From Narcine bancroftii (Eukaryota), in contig NC_091470.1 of assembly GCF_036971445.1 (NCBI RefSeq), forward strand, positions 187,674,001 to 187,738,000: a stretch of 64,000 nucleotides of DNA, read 5' to 3'. Positions 25,001 to 36,786 of the stretch are shown piece by piece (positions within the stretch are counted from its first letter, which is position 1; the number at the start of each line of letters is the position of its first letter). Position numbers and translations under genes: made by a program. The notes under the pieces are model-generated. The model ran no database searches and had not been told where the DNA came from. It saw nothing but the letters and a program-made list of their open reading frames with translations.

Positions 25001-28000
25001 TGGAGGACGGAGACCAGTCCGTTAGTAGCGTGTCACTCACAGTCTATACACCACAGAGCCGTTATTAGAAACCATGGTCCTACCATGCACAACATGGTCT
25101 CTAGCTCCTATCCAATCCTGGTCAAAACAGGTCATTAAATCGCAGTCCAACCTGGTCAACACGGGCCATTAAACCGCTGTCCAACCTTGGTCACCACAGG
25201 TCATTAAACCTCAGTCCAACTCTGGTCACCACAGGTCATTAAACCTCAGTCCACCTCCAGTCACCACAGGTCATTAAACCTCTGTCCAACCCTATTCACC
25301 ACAGGTCATTAAATCGCTGTCCAACCCTATTCACCACAGGTCATTAAACCGCTGTCCAACCCTATTCACCACAGGTCATTAAACCGCTGTCCAACTACAG
25401 CCTCAACTTGTCAGTAAACCCCTGTCCAACACTGGTCACCACAGGCCATTAAACCTCAGTCCAACTCCTGTCACCACAGGTCATCAAACCTCAGTCCAAC
25501 TCCAGTCTCAACTTGTCAGTAAAAAATGTCCAACCCTGGCCACCACCGATGTCATTAAACACCTGTCGAACTTTGGTAACTACAGGTCAATAAACCTCCG
25601 TCCAACCTTGGTTACCACAGGTCATTAAATTTCTGTCCAACACTGGCAAAAACAGATCATTAAACCCCCGTCCAACCCTGGTCACGACAGGTAATTAAAC
25701 CCCTTTCCAACCCTGGTCACCACAAGTCATTAAACCCCCTATCCAAATACAGTCACTACAGGACACCAAACCCCCTATCCAATGCCAGTCACCACAGGTA
25801 ACTAAACCCCCTGTAAAACCCAGGTCACCACAGGTCACTAAACCCCCTATCTAACCCCAGTCACCACAGGTCACTAAAACCCCTATCTAACCCCAGTCAC
25901 CACAGATCATTAATACCCCTATCTAACTCCCATTACCACAGGTCACTAAACCGCCTATCTAACCCCAGTCACCACAGGTCACTAAACCCCCTCATCTAAC
26001 CCCAGTCACCACAGGTCACTAAAGTCCCTATCCAACCCCAGTCACCACAGGTCACTAAACCGCCTATCTAACCCCAGTCACCACAGGCCACTAAAACCCC
26101 TAACTAACCCCAGTCACCACAGGTCACTAAACCCCCTATCTAACCCCCATTACCATAGGTCACTAAAATCCCTATCTAACCCCAGTCACCACAGGTCACT
26201 AAATCCCCATAAACCCCAGTCACCACAGGTCACTAAACCCCCTATCTAACCCCAGTCACCACAGGTCACTAAACCCCCTATCTAACCCCATTCACCACAG
26301 GATACTAAACCCCCTATCCAACCACAGGTCACTAAACCCTCCATCTAACACAAATCACCACAGGTCATTAAACTCCGTATCTATCCCCAGTCACCACAGG
26401 TCACGAAACCCCCTATCTAACCCCAGTGACCACAGATTACTAAGCCCCCTATCTAACCCCAGTCACCACAGGTCACTAAACCCCCTATTTAACCCCCATT
26501 ACCATAGGTCACTAAAATCCCCATCTAACCCCAGTCACCAGAGGTCACTAAATCCCCGTAAACCCCAGTCACCACAGGTCACTAAATCCCCGTAAACCCC
26601 AGTCACCACAGGTCACTAAACCCTCTATCTAACCTCAATCACCACAGGTCACAAAACCCAGTATCTAACCCCAGTCACCACAGGCCACTAAAACTCCTAT
26701 CTAACCCCAGTCACCATAGGTCACTAAAACCCCTATCTAACCCCAGTCACCACAGGTCACTAAAACCCCTATCTAACCCCAGTCATCATAGGTCACTAAA
26801 CCTCGTATCTAACCCCCTTCACCACAAAACAGTCATCAGCAGATTGTTTTTTTTTTTATTTTTTATTTTTCACACTATGAACCATATTAACCAAAATACA
26901 AACATTTCCCTTTTGAATATACACAGTGTAATTTTCTCCCCTTTTTACCCCTCCCTTCCCATTCTCCTTCCCACCCATTAAACGTTCAACATATACAATA
27001 CAATAAACCCATTAAACAATGTCATCACACAATGAAATTAAACAAGAAAATTGTGTCAGCCACTTTTAAACACTGGATCAGGTCATTTTGTCTTCTTCTC
27101 ATTTTATCATTTTAGGGGGTGGAGGTCCGCAGTAGGCCCTCTCTATTATGTTACATGTACGGCTCCCAAATTTGTTCGAATACTGTGACTTAATTTTTTA
27201 AATTATATGTTATTTTTTCCAATGGAATACATTTATTCATTTCCATGTGCCATGGCTGTATTCTCAGCCTCTCTTCTGATTTCCAAGTTGACATTATACA
27301 TTTTTTTTGCTACAGCTAAGGCTATCATAATAAATCTTTTTTGCGCTTCATCCAGTTTGAGGCCTAATTCTTTACTTCTTAAATTACTTAGAAGAAAGTT
27401 CTCTGGATTTTTTGGTATGTTATTTTTTGTAATTTTATTTAATACCTGATTTAGATCTTCCCAAAACTTTTTCACTTTCTCACATGCCCAAGTTGCATGT
27501 AATGTTGTTCCCATTTCCTTCTTACAGCGAAAACATCTATCTGATAATGTTGGATCCCATTTATTTAACGTATGGAGCGTGATATATAACCTGTGTAACC
27601 AATTATACTGTATCATGCGAAACCTTGTGTTTATTGTATTCTTCATAGTTCCAGAACATAACTTTTCCATGCCTCATTTTTAATCTTTATGTTTAAATCC
27701 TTTTCCCACTTCTGCTTAGTTTTATAGTTTATTTCATAATTTTCCTTCTCTTGCAGCTTAATGTACATGTTCCTTATAAATCTTTTAATTATCATTGTGT
27801 ATGTAATCACATATTCAAAGCTCCTTCCTTCAGGTAATCTCAAGCAGTTTCCCAATTTATCCTTTAAATAAGCTTTCAATTGATGCTATGCAAACATTGT
27901 ACCATGAGTTATTCCATATTTGTACTTCATTTGTTCAAATAATAATTTTCCAAAAAACAATTTTCTATTCTTTTAATTCCTTTTCTTTCCCATTCTCTAA

Positions 28001-31000
28001 AGGAAATGTTATCTATTGTGAAAGGGATTAGTTGATTTTCCGTCAATAATAATTTTGGTAGTTGGTAATTTGTTTTTTTCAAATCAGCAGATTGTTGAGC
28101 TACACCCAGCATTGGGACAATTTCAGATTTCAGATTTATACCTGACTAACATCAACCTACTTATTTCAAAGTTTCTTGTTTAATGTACGATTAGGAACAC
28201 CTGACAGACTCTGAATCCAAATTGGAATTTGTTCATTGGGAGCTGGTACAAGGGGAAGGATCCACCATATAAACGCAGGATGAAACAAAGGAAAAATTCT
28301 GTCACATGATTATCTCGAAAAATAACATTCCCAAAAATCATTCCAAGTTAAATAGCTGGCTCTGGTTTTCCCTGATTGGGTGAAATTAAAAGTGCAAATC
28401 TGTAATTTCTTAGTTAATGCAGGCACTGGTTTACAAGCCAAACTATCGACCACCCTGTTGTTTCATTACACTGTCTCTCCGCTCAGCTCTGAATCACCTC
28501 CACAATACCAACTCATCGATCCCGGTCCTCTTCATCAACTACAGCTCAACCTTCAACACCATCATTCCCTTAGGACCGATGTACAAACTCCAAAGCCTAC
28601 CCCTCTGCAACCCCACCCCCCCGCAACTATACCCTGGACTTCATCGGAAGACCACAGTGCATTTCCTCCACAATGACAATCAACACAGGCACACCACAAG
28701 GATGTGTGCTTCACCCATGGCTTCACTCACTCAACACCAGTGGTCCTCAACCTTTTTCTTTCCACTCACATCCCACTTTAAGTAATCCCTAGGCCTTCAA
28801 TGGTTTGTGATTGGTAAGGGGTTGCTTAAGGTGAGTGGGAAGGGAGGGTTGAGAACCACTGCCCTAGACCCAATTGTTATTTAAATATTTTGCTGGAGAA
28901 AAATAGTCATCGTCCCATTTCCTTTGGAGCAATGAAACCGTGCACATAACGAATCCATGAGGAACGATTAAAACAATGGTTTTCAAACCTTTTTACTTTC
29001 CATGCACATACCACCTTAAGCAAGTGTGGGGACTGATATAGGGCAGTTGGATCAATGTGGGGATGTCCCGCGTGCGCCGCCCCAGTGCTGACAGCCCGCG
29101 ACGGTCGCCCCACAGTGTCAGGACTGATATAGGGCTGTAGGGAGAGAGCGGGGCAGTAAGATCAGTATGGGGACAGCTCTTGCCAGCTGCCCCAGCGCTG
29201 ACACCCCACGCCAGCTGCCCCTGCTCTGACGTCGTGTGCCGGGGGGCAGGGGCAGCTAGGAGGGGGGCTGTTAGGTATGCTGACATCCCCTTAGCACCGC
29301 TTTCGGGCAGCTGCTTTCAGGTGCCGGGGGGGGGGACACGACACCTCAGTGCTCTGGCAATTATCCCTCCCGGAGGAGGGTTACAAAGTTCGCCTCAGAT
29401 GTGCCTCCTGTGCTTTCAAGTGGCTTCCCGAAAGCCACATATGGGCATAATATGCAGCTTTACATCGGGGGATTTTGGCCACCTGAAAGTGCCCAGGGAA
29501 AGACATGCTGCTGGCAGTTTGGATAGAGAGAAACACAGCTGTAACAAGCCAGAAGCTTGTTGGAACTGAAACATAAGCTCCAGTGTGGCAGACGGCTGGA
29601 AGTGCTATCTGTCTGATGTTTCTCTTGGAATAAGCGGAACAGAAAGGAACTCTGTAGTAGCCTGAAAGAAAGAGGTTATCATCTGGAGAACCCTGATGGG
29701 GCAAGTTTCATCAACGAGACATTGAGGAGACTAATGGTGGTACCTCAGTTGTGGAAATCCTGGAACAACAAATATCTCTCTCTGCAAACCTACAAGAACC
29801 TTCCTGAGTGGTAAACATTTACCTATCGAGCACCAAAGCCTGGTGAACTTTATACATGTTAAATTCTGTGCACAGTATAAGAATTGGCTGCAACCAGAGA
29901 ACTTGGAAGAAGGAGAAGTGAGATTGAACTGTGAACCAAAGGACTTTTCTTAAATTTACACACACATTGGAATTACAAGGGGGTTATGTTGGGTAAGTTA
30001 ATAGTGATAAGTTAGTTTGATTCTGTTGTAAAGATAATTATAAACAACTTTTGTTTAAGTAACCCTTTGTCGAGGTGATATCTATTGCTGCTGGGTTTTG
30101 CAGTCCTCTGGGCTTGTAACACTACTAACAACTAGTTTTGGGTGGCAGGATTGGCGTAATGGTTAGCGCAACGCTGTTACGGAGCCAGCAATCGGGATTC
30201 GAATCCCACGCAGTCTGTAAGGAGTTTGTACACTCTCCCCGTGTCCACGTGAGTCCCCCCCGCCCCCCCAGGCTCCAGTTTCCTCCCACCCTTCAAAACG
30301 TCCCTGATCGCATCCAATTAACACCTTCTGTTGGTCAGGATTCCTCCACCCACCTCCCCTCCACCCCCCCCCTCCACTCCACCCCCGTTGTTTGAATTCT
30401 TTCTGATCTATCCTGCTTCTGCCTTTTCTGATATTCCTTGTCAAATGGCTTAGGCCCGAAACGTCGGCAATATATCTTTGCCTCCCACAGATGCTGAAAA
30501 AGCCAGCTGAGTTCCTCCACATCTCGAGGCTTTTACTGGTTTTACAATCTACTGCCAACTCCACGATCTCTGCGGTATCACCAGCATTACAAACCATTAA
30601 CAACTCGGACATCTCCCTATCAGCACTGCCTCTCATTTGCAAACTACTTGAAACAAGATCGAATCAGAACACACTCTGCCCAGAGCGGGACCTTGGGCTG
30701 TCACCTACATACCTGCGACCTCCAGGATGCCCGCCTGCTCTTGGCCCACGAGGTGGTTGTAAATGTGGCAGGAGTATTGGCTGGGTGTCCCAGCCTGCAC
30801 AGTGATGGTGCTCTCCACTGTCAGGAACCCAGCGGTGTCTTCCACCACCTTCTCCTCGTGCCCTTCGAAGGCCTGTCCCGCGGAGTCCCGCCACTCAACT
30901 TGGGGCCTGGGGAACCACCTCTTCGAGAAGCAGCTCAGCTCAATTCCATTATTTTGGTGATTTTTTATCTTAATCACAGGCTCCTGTCCCACACCTGCAA

Positions 31001-32228
31001 ACATGCAATTCAGTCAGCGTTTAAGGCACAACAGTTCATTTCCTCATGTCACCCCCCTTCCCAGTTTACCCCCTGCTCTCCTTTCAGCCCCACCCTCCCT
31101 CAAATCCTCTTTCCCAACCTCACGACCCTCTCCGCTCTCCCTTGCACCCACCCACCCTCGAACCCAACCTCTGTGACCCTCGCCCTTGCTAGATGTCCCC
31201 TCCAGCTGAGTGGATGGGGGGGGGGGGGCAAGGTCTGGCTAGTGTGGTGTGTGGAGGAAGCATGGCCTCCCTGCCCGTCTGAATGAGTAGACTGTGGGTG
31301 GTCACGTGACCTCCCCGTCTGAAATTTATTCGGAAGTCACATCACCTATCAATCAAGGTTGGACTCCAGCCACTAATTAGCGCACACCTTGCCATTACCT
31401 AATTTAAACTCACCTAGGGTCCAGTAGCATGGATTAGCACTGTTTTTAGCAGCAACTCAGAGCACATTCGTTCTCTCTGCCTCGTGACCCAAGCCCCGGA
31501 CACTGCTCCATACCATGGACGTCGCTGGAAGGGTCACGGATAAAGTGTGCATTGCATTGAAGCTGAACTGGGCAGCCGGACACCCATTAATCAGGGAACT
31601 GGGGGCGTGAGTAAGAGCCCCTGTTTAAAGTATGTGAGTGGGGACACGTATACGTTTACCGTTGTTGGAGCCCAACCGAAGTCAGAGGTGAGCGTCTGTA
31701 TTGTGGCTTACGGGAATTAGTAATTGTATACAATTTAACGTTCTCCCCAGTTTATGTGTTAACAAATGTTACGTGTGATTGTGACATTTGTGTCCAGACT
31801 AGTCTCTCTGGGAACCACCAAACCTGATAAACAGCAGCTAGGTTCCTGGAACACAAGGGGAAAAAGGCATCTTCACTCACTTGCCACATTCAGCTGAAGA
31901 AGGGATTCATTTTTCTGAGTTTTTGACACCACAAAACACTTGTATTTCCCATCATCCTTCACAGTCACGTGCATCAGCAGCAGCGAGACATTCCCATTGG
32001 TCAGCGCCTCCTTGAACATTTTTGTTCTGCCCTGGTACCGCTCATCCTGAGCTTCAGGCCACTCCTGGCCCTTCCTGTACAAGTGAACGATATAGGACCA
32101 GTCCGTCTGGAACCAGCGCACCTCCATCTCCTCCAGGGACTTCTCTGGTATCAGCTGGCAATCGAGGACCACATCGCTGCCTACCCTGGCCACTACAGGT
32201 CTTCTCGGAGTGACCACAAGAAAAGACC
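12479..32228 (-). CDS. Butyrophilin-family (BTN/BTNL-like) gene span: IgV-IgC-TM-(27-nt exon)x7-B30.2
   Basis: All exons are phase 1 and join into one open frame with canonical BTN architecture. The IgV (348 nt) and IgC (282 nt) exon sizes are typical of BTNs. The leader exon was not identified. Confidence 0.92.
13219..14473. mobile_element. Nested degenerate Tc1/pogo-type non-autonomous DNA elements
   Basis: Outer imperfect TIRs ccgtatttgtcagtgtataag / cttatgtgctgacatgtatgg; inner ctgtgtatactcgtgtaatag / ctattacacaagaatatacgg; GC-rich repetitive core. Confidence 0.4.
14735..14761 (-). CDS. BTN-like 27-nt microexon 7 (EWDKMVRHS), pre-B30.2 exon
   Basis: ctctctctag| ... G|gtaagg. A Trp-containing 27-nt exon directly before B30.2 is typical of BTN/TRIM genes. 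Confidence 0.82.
15339..15365 (-). CDS. BTN-like 27-nt microexon 6 (EYDKLLHSI)
   Basis: ctcttgcag| ... G|gtaaga, phase 1-1. Confidence 0.8.
   Translation of the reverse strand, partial: NMTSFSTP
15460..16110. repeat. Polypyrimidine (C/T) low-complexity tract
   Basis: About 650 nt of cctc/ccct motifs; source of spurious Pro/Leu/Ser ORFs. Confidence 0.85.
16210..16236 (-). CDS. BTN-like 27-nt microexon 5 (EQERFAAKS)
   Basis: ttctgcttccag| ... G|gtaggg, phase 1-1. Confidence 0.8.
17465..18280 (-). mobile_element. CR1 LINE fragment (RT C-terminus and 3' end)
   Basis: WQMEFNAEKC, LVRPNLEYCVQFWS, RVQRRFMEMLPG, FFTQRAMAMWNELP. Confidence 0.85.
18519..19312 (+). mobile_element. Possible solo LTR
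   Basis: TGTAAC start, TATAAA near 19157, AATAAA near 19277, ..GTACA end. No clean TSD. Confidence 0.3.
19416..19442 (-). CDS. BTN-like 27-nt microexon 4 (EKEDLLQRM)
   Basis: ctccttttcag| ... G|gtaagg, phase 1-1. Confidence 0.82.
19795..20615. repeat. Two clusters of a ~50-bp minisatellite (gtggggactgatacagggctgtggggagagagcggggcagtgggatcagt)
   Basis: Units at 19795-19980 and 20330-20615. The family also occurs at 29020-29180 and 34500-34680. Confidence 0.8.
20704..20730 (-). CDS. BTN-like 27-nt microexon 3 (ALEQTQCKQ)
   Basis: cccctttgcag| ... G|gtaagc, phase 1-1. Confidence 0.8.
22190..22216 (-). CDS. BTN-like 27-nt microexon 2 (EYANVYHTL)
   Basis: ttctcctttcag| ... G|gtaagt, phase 1-1. 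Confidence 0.8.
22663..22689 (-). CDS. BTN-like 27-nt microexon 1 (EFMKRPTID), non-canonical GG donor
   Basis: Strong acceptor ttttttcctcttag|, 27 nt like its neighbours, open in phase 1. The donor reads G|ggaagc instead of G|gtaagc. Confidence 0.55.
23657..24261. mobile_element. hAT (Charlie-type) MITE with 8-bp TSD
   Basis: TIRs CAGGGGTGTCAAACTCA / TGAGTTTGACATGTGTG; flanks atctagag / gtctagag. Confidence 0.8.
24871..24999 (-). CDS. BTN-like transmembrane exon
   Basis: Hand translation DVFFPQTSRWMVAFWCMFSFLLVSVLVIIIICCRSRKLQQKIK gives an FFP..S.W motif, a hydrophobic span and a basic stop-transfer segment. Boundaries ctccag| and G|gtgagc; 129 nt. Not in the ORF track in this frame. Confidence 0.9.
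25110..26826. repeat. 35-36-bp minisatellite (accacaggtcactaaaccccctatctaaccccagtc)
   Basis: About 1.7 kb of tandem units in the BTN IgC-TM intron. Confidence 0.92.
26849..28082 (-). mobile_element. 5'-truncated L1/Tx1-clade LINE with 14-bp TSD
   Basis: ORF2 C-terminal zinc knuckle CFRCKKEMGTTLHATWAC, T-rich tail at the left end, TSD atcagcagattgtt at 26835-26848 and 28083-28096. Confidence 0.9.
28738..28861. mobile_element. Short hAT-type MITE (CAGTGG(T/C)TCAACC TIR family)
   Basis: TIRs cagtggtcctcaacc / ggttgagaaccactg. Related copies at 36142-36262, 55253-55383 and 59712-59802. Confidence 0.7.
29490..30121 (+). mobile_element. Long solo-LTR-like element, family A copy 3 (5' boundary approximate)
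   Basis: Same internal blocks; ends gggcttgtaaca. Confidence 0.6.
30141..30305 (+). mobile_element. tRNA-derived SINE
   Basis: A box TGGCGTAATGG and B box GATTCGAATCC followed by a gtaaggagtttgtac..tctccccgtg core. Reverse copy at 49905-50065. Confidence 0.75.
30713..30994 (-). CDS. BTN-like IgC (C2-type) exon
   Basis: VGQEPVIKI...GIELSCFSKRWFPRPQVEWRD...YSCHIYNHL. Boundaries tttgcag| and G|gtatgt; 282 nt. Confidence 0.93.
31881..32228 (-). CDS. BTN-like IgV exon
   Basis: SFLVVTPRRPVVARVGSDVVLDCQL...MEVRWF...VHLYRKGQE...QDERYQGRT...GNVSLL...DDGKYKCFV, a BTN/MOG-type IgV. Boundaries tttctcag| and A|gtgagt; 348 nt. Confidence 0.95.
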
Positions 32229-32759
32229 CTGAGAAAGGAGGAGGCAAACAGAATGAACGTACAGCATGGGAAATGGGAACAGGAGTTGGCCCAGTCGAGC
32301 CTACTCCCCCATTCAATATGAACTGGCCATGGATTCACCTCCACTTACTCACCCTTGATTATGTATCTTTATCTTTGCGCTATAAAGGACGCTGTTTGAC
32401 CTAACGTAAAACATGAAAAACTGTTGACATTGTGGTTGAAATAAAAACACAAAATGTTGGAGAAACTCAGCCGATCAAACAGTGCTCTTTATATAGCAAA
32501 GGTAAAAATATACAACTATGGCGGTGTGACCAGTAGAAGAAACACAGCCACCACGTTGAGGGTCGTTAACGACTGTTTTTATCCAAGTTCAGCGCGCCCC
32601 TTTAAGGGCAGCGTGAGCTCAGTCACCTGGTGCATGGTGACATGCTTATCGCTGCACAGGGATACTGGAGTCAGAGAGAAACCTCTGGCGAAGCCATTTC
32701 CCCATGGTTGTCCCGCCACTTGGCAATACAAGCGGGGCCGGTTCGCCATGAAGATGTAA

Positions 32760-33650
32760 CCAACGTTTCAGGCTTGAGGTATGGAAAAATGTCTGCAGGC
32801 ATCTGAACAAAAGTGTCAGGGCGGGGTGGGCAGGGAGATGTGGTTGTGCAAGCAGGAGGTGAGGGGTGAAAAAGGGACAGCCGCGATCAAGGGGAGGAGA
32901 AATGGCTGGGTGAGTAGAGAGGGAAGGATGGGGGAAGGAGAGTTGGAAAGGAAAGGAGGAGGGGAAGGGACGAGCAGGTTAGCAGAAACCAGAAAAGTCT
33001 ATCTGGATGGAGAGGCCCGGACGGAAAATCAGGTGTCATTCCTCAACTCGCGGGTGGTCTCAGTGAGATGGTACACGAGGCCGTGGACAGACAAGGCGAG
33101 TGCAGGAGGGTGGCACTGAACTGAAATGGTTGGTTATTTGGAGGTCTCTGTCACTGGTGTGCTCGGTGAAGCGATCTCCCCGTCTGCACCGGTCACTCCG
33201 ATGTAGAGAGGGCCACAGAGAGAGCTGGAGGCAGTAGACAAATTCCCATAGATGCACAAGTGAAGGGTTGCTTCACTTGAAAGGCCCATTTGGGGGCCCG
33301 AACCGTGGCGAGGGAGGAGGTGTGGGCGCCCACACCTCCTCCAGCCACAGGGGAAGGTGCCAGGGTGAGGTGGACGATTGGTGGGGAGGGATGAATGAAT
33401 GGACAAGGGAGGGATCCCAACAGAAGGCAGCGAGGGGAAGAGATGCGTCTGGGACTAGAATCCTGTTGCAAGTGCTGGAAATTCTGGGGGGGGGGGGGTG
33501 ACATGTTGGATGCGGAGGCCGGTGAGGATGAGGGGGGATTCGATGTTTGTTGTGTCTGGGGGTGGTGGAGGGGGCCAGGGCAGGAGAACGTGAAATGGAG
33601 GAGATGTGGGTGAGGGCTGAGTTGATGATGGTGGAGGGGAAGCCACTATT
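32760..33650 (-). mobile_element. Penelope-like element remnant (GIY-YIG region and 3' end)
   Basis: Frameshifted peptides HPGTFPCG..RC, FQVKQPFTC, FVYCL..SLCGPLYIGVT, RRGDRFTEH. Related 3' remnants near 5300-5640, 8600-9120, 22270-22640 and 51770-52020. Confidence 0.7.
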
Positions 33651-33763
33651 TTTATTTATTTTGGAAGTAGGTTTATATAAATGTTGTTTTTGCTCTGTGA
33701 TGCTGACAAAGAATTTTGCAATGTGTTCATGACAATAAATCCTGATTTTGATGCAAAAATATA

Positions 33764-34421
33764 CAGTACAAGTCCGATTATCCAAAATTCTCATTTATCC
33801 GATTTGTTTCAGAGCCGAACTGACAGGTGGAAAAAAAATTCACCTGACATGAAATTAGAACGATGATTGTCCTAGTTTCCAGTAACTCCCTCCCCTCACT
33901 CTTTCCATTTCTTCTTTACCTTCCCCTGTTGACTTTTTTCTCCCTCTCAAACTGCGCGCCACCATCTCCCAGCCTCTGGGGCAGCAGCAGGACCTTGGGC
34001 TAAGTGGCATTCCCTTCCCTCTCCTCCCTCCTCGACGCCAACTCCAAACACCCCTTCCGCCCCCCCACTCCCCTCGGCCTACTGCTGCACGTGCACATTG
34101 GAATCCCCGGTGTGTGTGTGGGAGGTTTCGGGGGAGGATTCAGAGTCGGGACTTGGGCATCAGGAGCTCCAGTGACTGGGGAGACAGGATCCCGCCAACT
34201 CACTAGTGAGTGTTTCACCGGCCCGGGAAGCATTCCCAGGGAATTAGCAGCAGCCAGCATTTTTTGGGTGAGAATTAAACATTATTTTAATGGCTGGAAA
34301 GGCTTCCCTTGTGGTTTAAACATTGTTACAAGTAATTGGCTGTCACTACTGGGCTGATTTTAAAACTGTTAATCCGAAATGGGCCCAGGCCCAATCATTT
34401 TGGATTATCGGAGTTGTACTG
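33764..34421. mobile_element. Tc1/pogo (Tigger-like) MITE
   Basis: TIRs CAGTACAAGTCCGATTATCCAAAAT / ATTTTGGATTATCGGAGTTGTACTG; TA on the left flank. Confidence 0.75.
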
Positions 34422-34733
34422 CATTACTGATGTTTCGGGCCTGAACCTATCTTCAAGATAAAAGCAAAATCCAGGAAGGCGTCCCCTGTATCCAAGGTAC
34501 TGATACAGGGCTGTGGGGAGAGAGCGGGGCTGTGGAATCAGTGTGGTGACTGATACAGGGCTGTGGGGAGAGAGTGGGGCTGTGAGATCAGGGTGGGGAC
34601 TGATACAGGGCTGTGGGGAGAGCGGGGCTGTGGATCTGTGTGGGGACTGATACAGGGCCGTGGGATCAGTGTGGGGAGGGGGCAGGGTCCAGACCAACAG
34701 ACAAAAGGTGGTCAGTGGATCTGATAAGAGGAA

Positions 34734-34933
34734 NNNNNNNNNNNNNNNNNNNNNNNNNNNNNNNNNNNNNNNNNNNNNNNNNNNNNNNNNNNNNNNNNNN
34801 NNNNNNNNNNNNNNNNNNNNNNNNNNNNNNNNNNNNNNNNNNNNNNNNNNNNNNNNNNNNNNNNNNNNNNNNNNNNNNNNNNNNNNNNNNNNNNNNNNNN
34901 NNNNNNNNNNNNNNNNNNNNNNNNNNNNNNNNN
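34734..34933. other. Assembly gap (200 N)
   Basis: Run of N; the round size suggests the true length is unknown. Confidence 0.99.
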
Positions 34934-36437
34934 TCCCCTCCCCCCAACCCTGAAACCCTCCCCCTTTCTCCATTGGAACGCTCCCTTCCCTCTCTGAAAC
35001 TCTTTCTTGAAACACTCCCCTCTCTGCACCCCTCCCTCCATCTCAAACTCTCCCCTCCTTGCCTCGAACCACTCCTCTATCTCCCCCAAAAACATTCCCC
35101 TGAAACACTCTCTTCTCTCCCCCTCCCCTCCCCTGAAACTCTCTCTCCCTCCCCTAGAAACACCCCCCCGCCCACTCCTTCCTCCTCCTTGACTCACTGT
35201 TTCCCTGATGTAAAAAAATGTACAACATTTCTCCTGACAGGGCCAAAGGGGAGCGCCACCCCCTCACAGATTCCCCCTCCCATCCCACCCTGAAGGAGCT
35301 CAGAAGAGATTTACCAGGATGTTGCGCAGACTTCAAGAACTGAGTTACGGGGAACAGATAAACAGGTGAGGACTTTATTCCCTGGAGCATAGAGAAATGA
35401 GGGGAACTTTGATCGAGGTATTTAAAATTATGAGGGGGTGGACTGTGCTACCAATCAACCGTATAAGAAAAAGACCTGGGATTAATAGGCTTTAATCACC
35501 TTTAGAGGTCACCATATCTTTCATGTTGCTGGCCTGGTTCCAATCTGGTACTGAGGGAGGGGCTTTGGGTGCAACAGCCTTTATGGGGATGGGAGGAGTC
35601 ACAGGTTCAGGGGGCGGCCCAGCCCATAAGCACACAGTGGTAACACCACTGAGGGTGGATGAGATACAAACCAGAGGATAAGGGCTAAGGGTGCGTAGTG
35701 ATGTGACATCTTAAGGACTGGTTCCTCCACCACCACCCCCCCCCCCCCCAGCATATCCCCGATATAAACCCCAGATCCCTGCCAAAACCCCAGTTCGGTC
35801 CAAAGATTACTGTGTGTTATTCTTACTAAATAAAAGCGTCTTGAGCACCCTCAGTTGCGCTACATGGTGAAAGGGGAAAGGTTTAGGGGGTACATGAGTT
35901 GGGGGAGGGAACTTCTTCACACTGAGAGCGGTGGAGTGTGGAGCAGTGGGAGTGTGGAACAGGTGAAGTGGTAAATGCGGGCTCAGTTTTGACAATGAAG
36001 AAAAATTTGGACAGGGACATGGACGGGAGGGGTATGGTTTGGGTGCAGGTCAGTGGTACTCGGCAGAATAATAGTTCGGCACAGACTAGAAGGTCTGAAG
36101 GGCCTGTTTCTGTGCAGGTGTTTTATGGATAAGGGTTAAGTCAGTGATTCTCAACCTTACTACCCATAGAGCACCAATGGCAGAGAAGCTCTGTGGGTAG
36201 TAAGAAGTGCTATTAAGTAAGGGGTTTGTATATGAGTGGGGGAGAAAGATTTGAGAACTGCTGGGTTAGGAAATAAATGCTGGTTATGCCCACGTCGGAA
36301 TGGATGGCGGTGAATGCTGGGAGCGGGAATTATATCCCCGTCGCTGTCAGCTAAGTTCCCACCCACTGCAAGGACAGGGAGGGGGTGCAGTGCCCAAATC
36401 ACGCACCCCTCCAGCCATCTGGCAACAGACCACTTAC

Positions 36438-36474
36438 CTTGCGTTCCCTCTCCGTCCCAACTCCGTCAGGGAAA
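36438..36474 (-). other. 37-nt exon of uncertain assignment (tapasin cytoplasmic exon or BTN 5'UTR exon)
   Basis: Strong sites ctttccccttctgtccccag| and AAG|gtaagt. Reads VSLTELGRRGNA in phase 1 and FPDGVGTERERK in phase 2. Confidence 0.5.
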
Positions 36475-36786
36475 CTGGGGACAGAAGGGGAAAGAGTGAG
36501 TGACCCGTGCCCACCTCCCCTCCCTGACACCACACAATTCTCCCGGGCCCACCCACCGCTCTGCTGTTACCCCTGGACATCGGTGCAGGACATCATCACA
36601 CACCATGTCGCATCTGCACAGATGCAGGCTCCCGGGGGGCAAGGGTCACCTTGTTCAGCAGCAGAAAGGGGAAGAGGCTGAGGGGTCTGGGAGGGGCAGG
36701 ACCCAGCAGCAGAAGGGGGACTCCAAGTGAGTGAAAGAGAGAGAGGAGTGTGGAATTCAATGATGTTGTGTTGCGGCTGGGTTATA

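Noticed and set aside
25110-26826. 36-bp periodic array as a CRISPR or interstitial telomere
   Set aside because: No unique spacers, eukaryotic context, and only isolated CTAACCC motifs rather than tandem TTAGGG.
30141-30220. tRNA gene
   Set aside because: A and B boxes are present but followed by a SINE core that recurs elsewhere in the window; no full cloverleaf.
35198-35233. Possible BTN leader exon MLYIFLHQGN with phase-1 gtgagt donor
   Set aside because: Splice sites are plausible, but the hydrophobic core is too short for a signal peptide. Not called, though not fully excluded.
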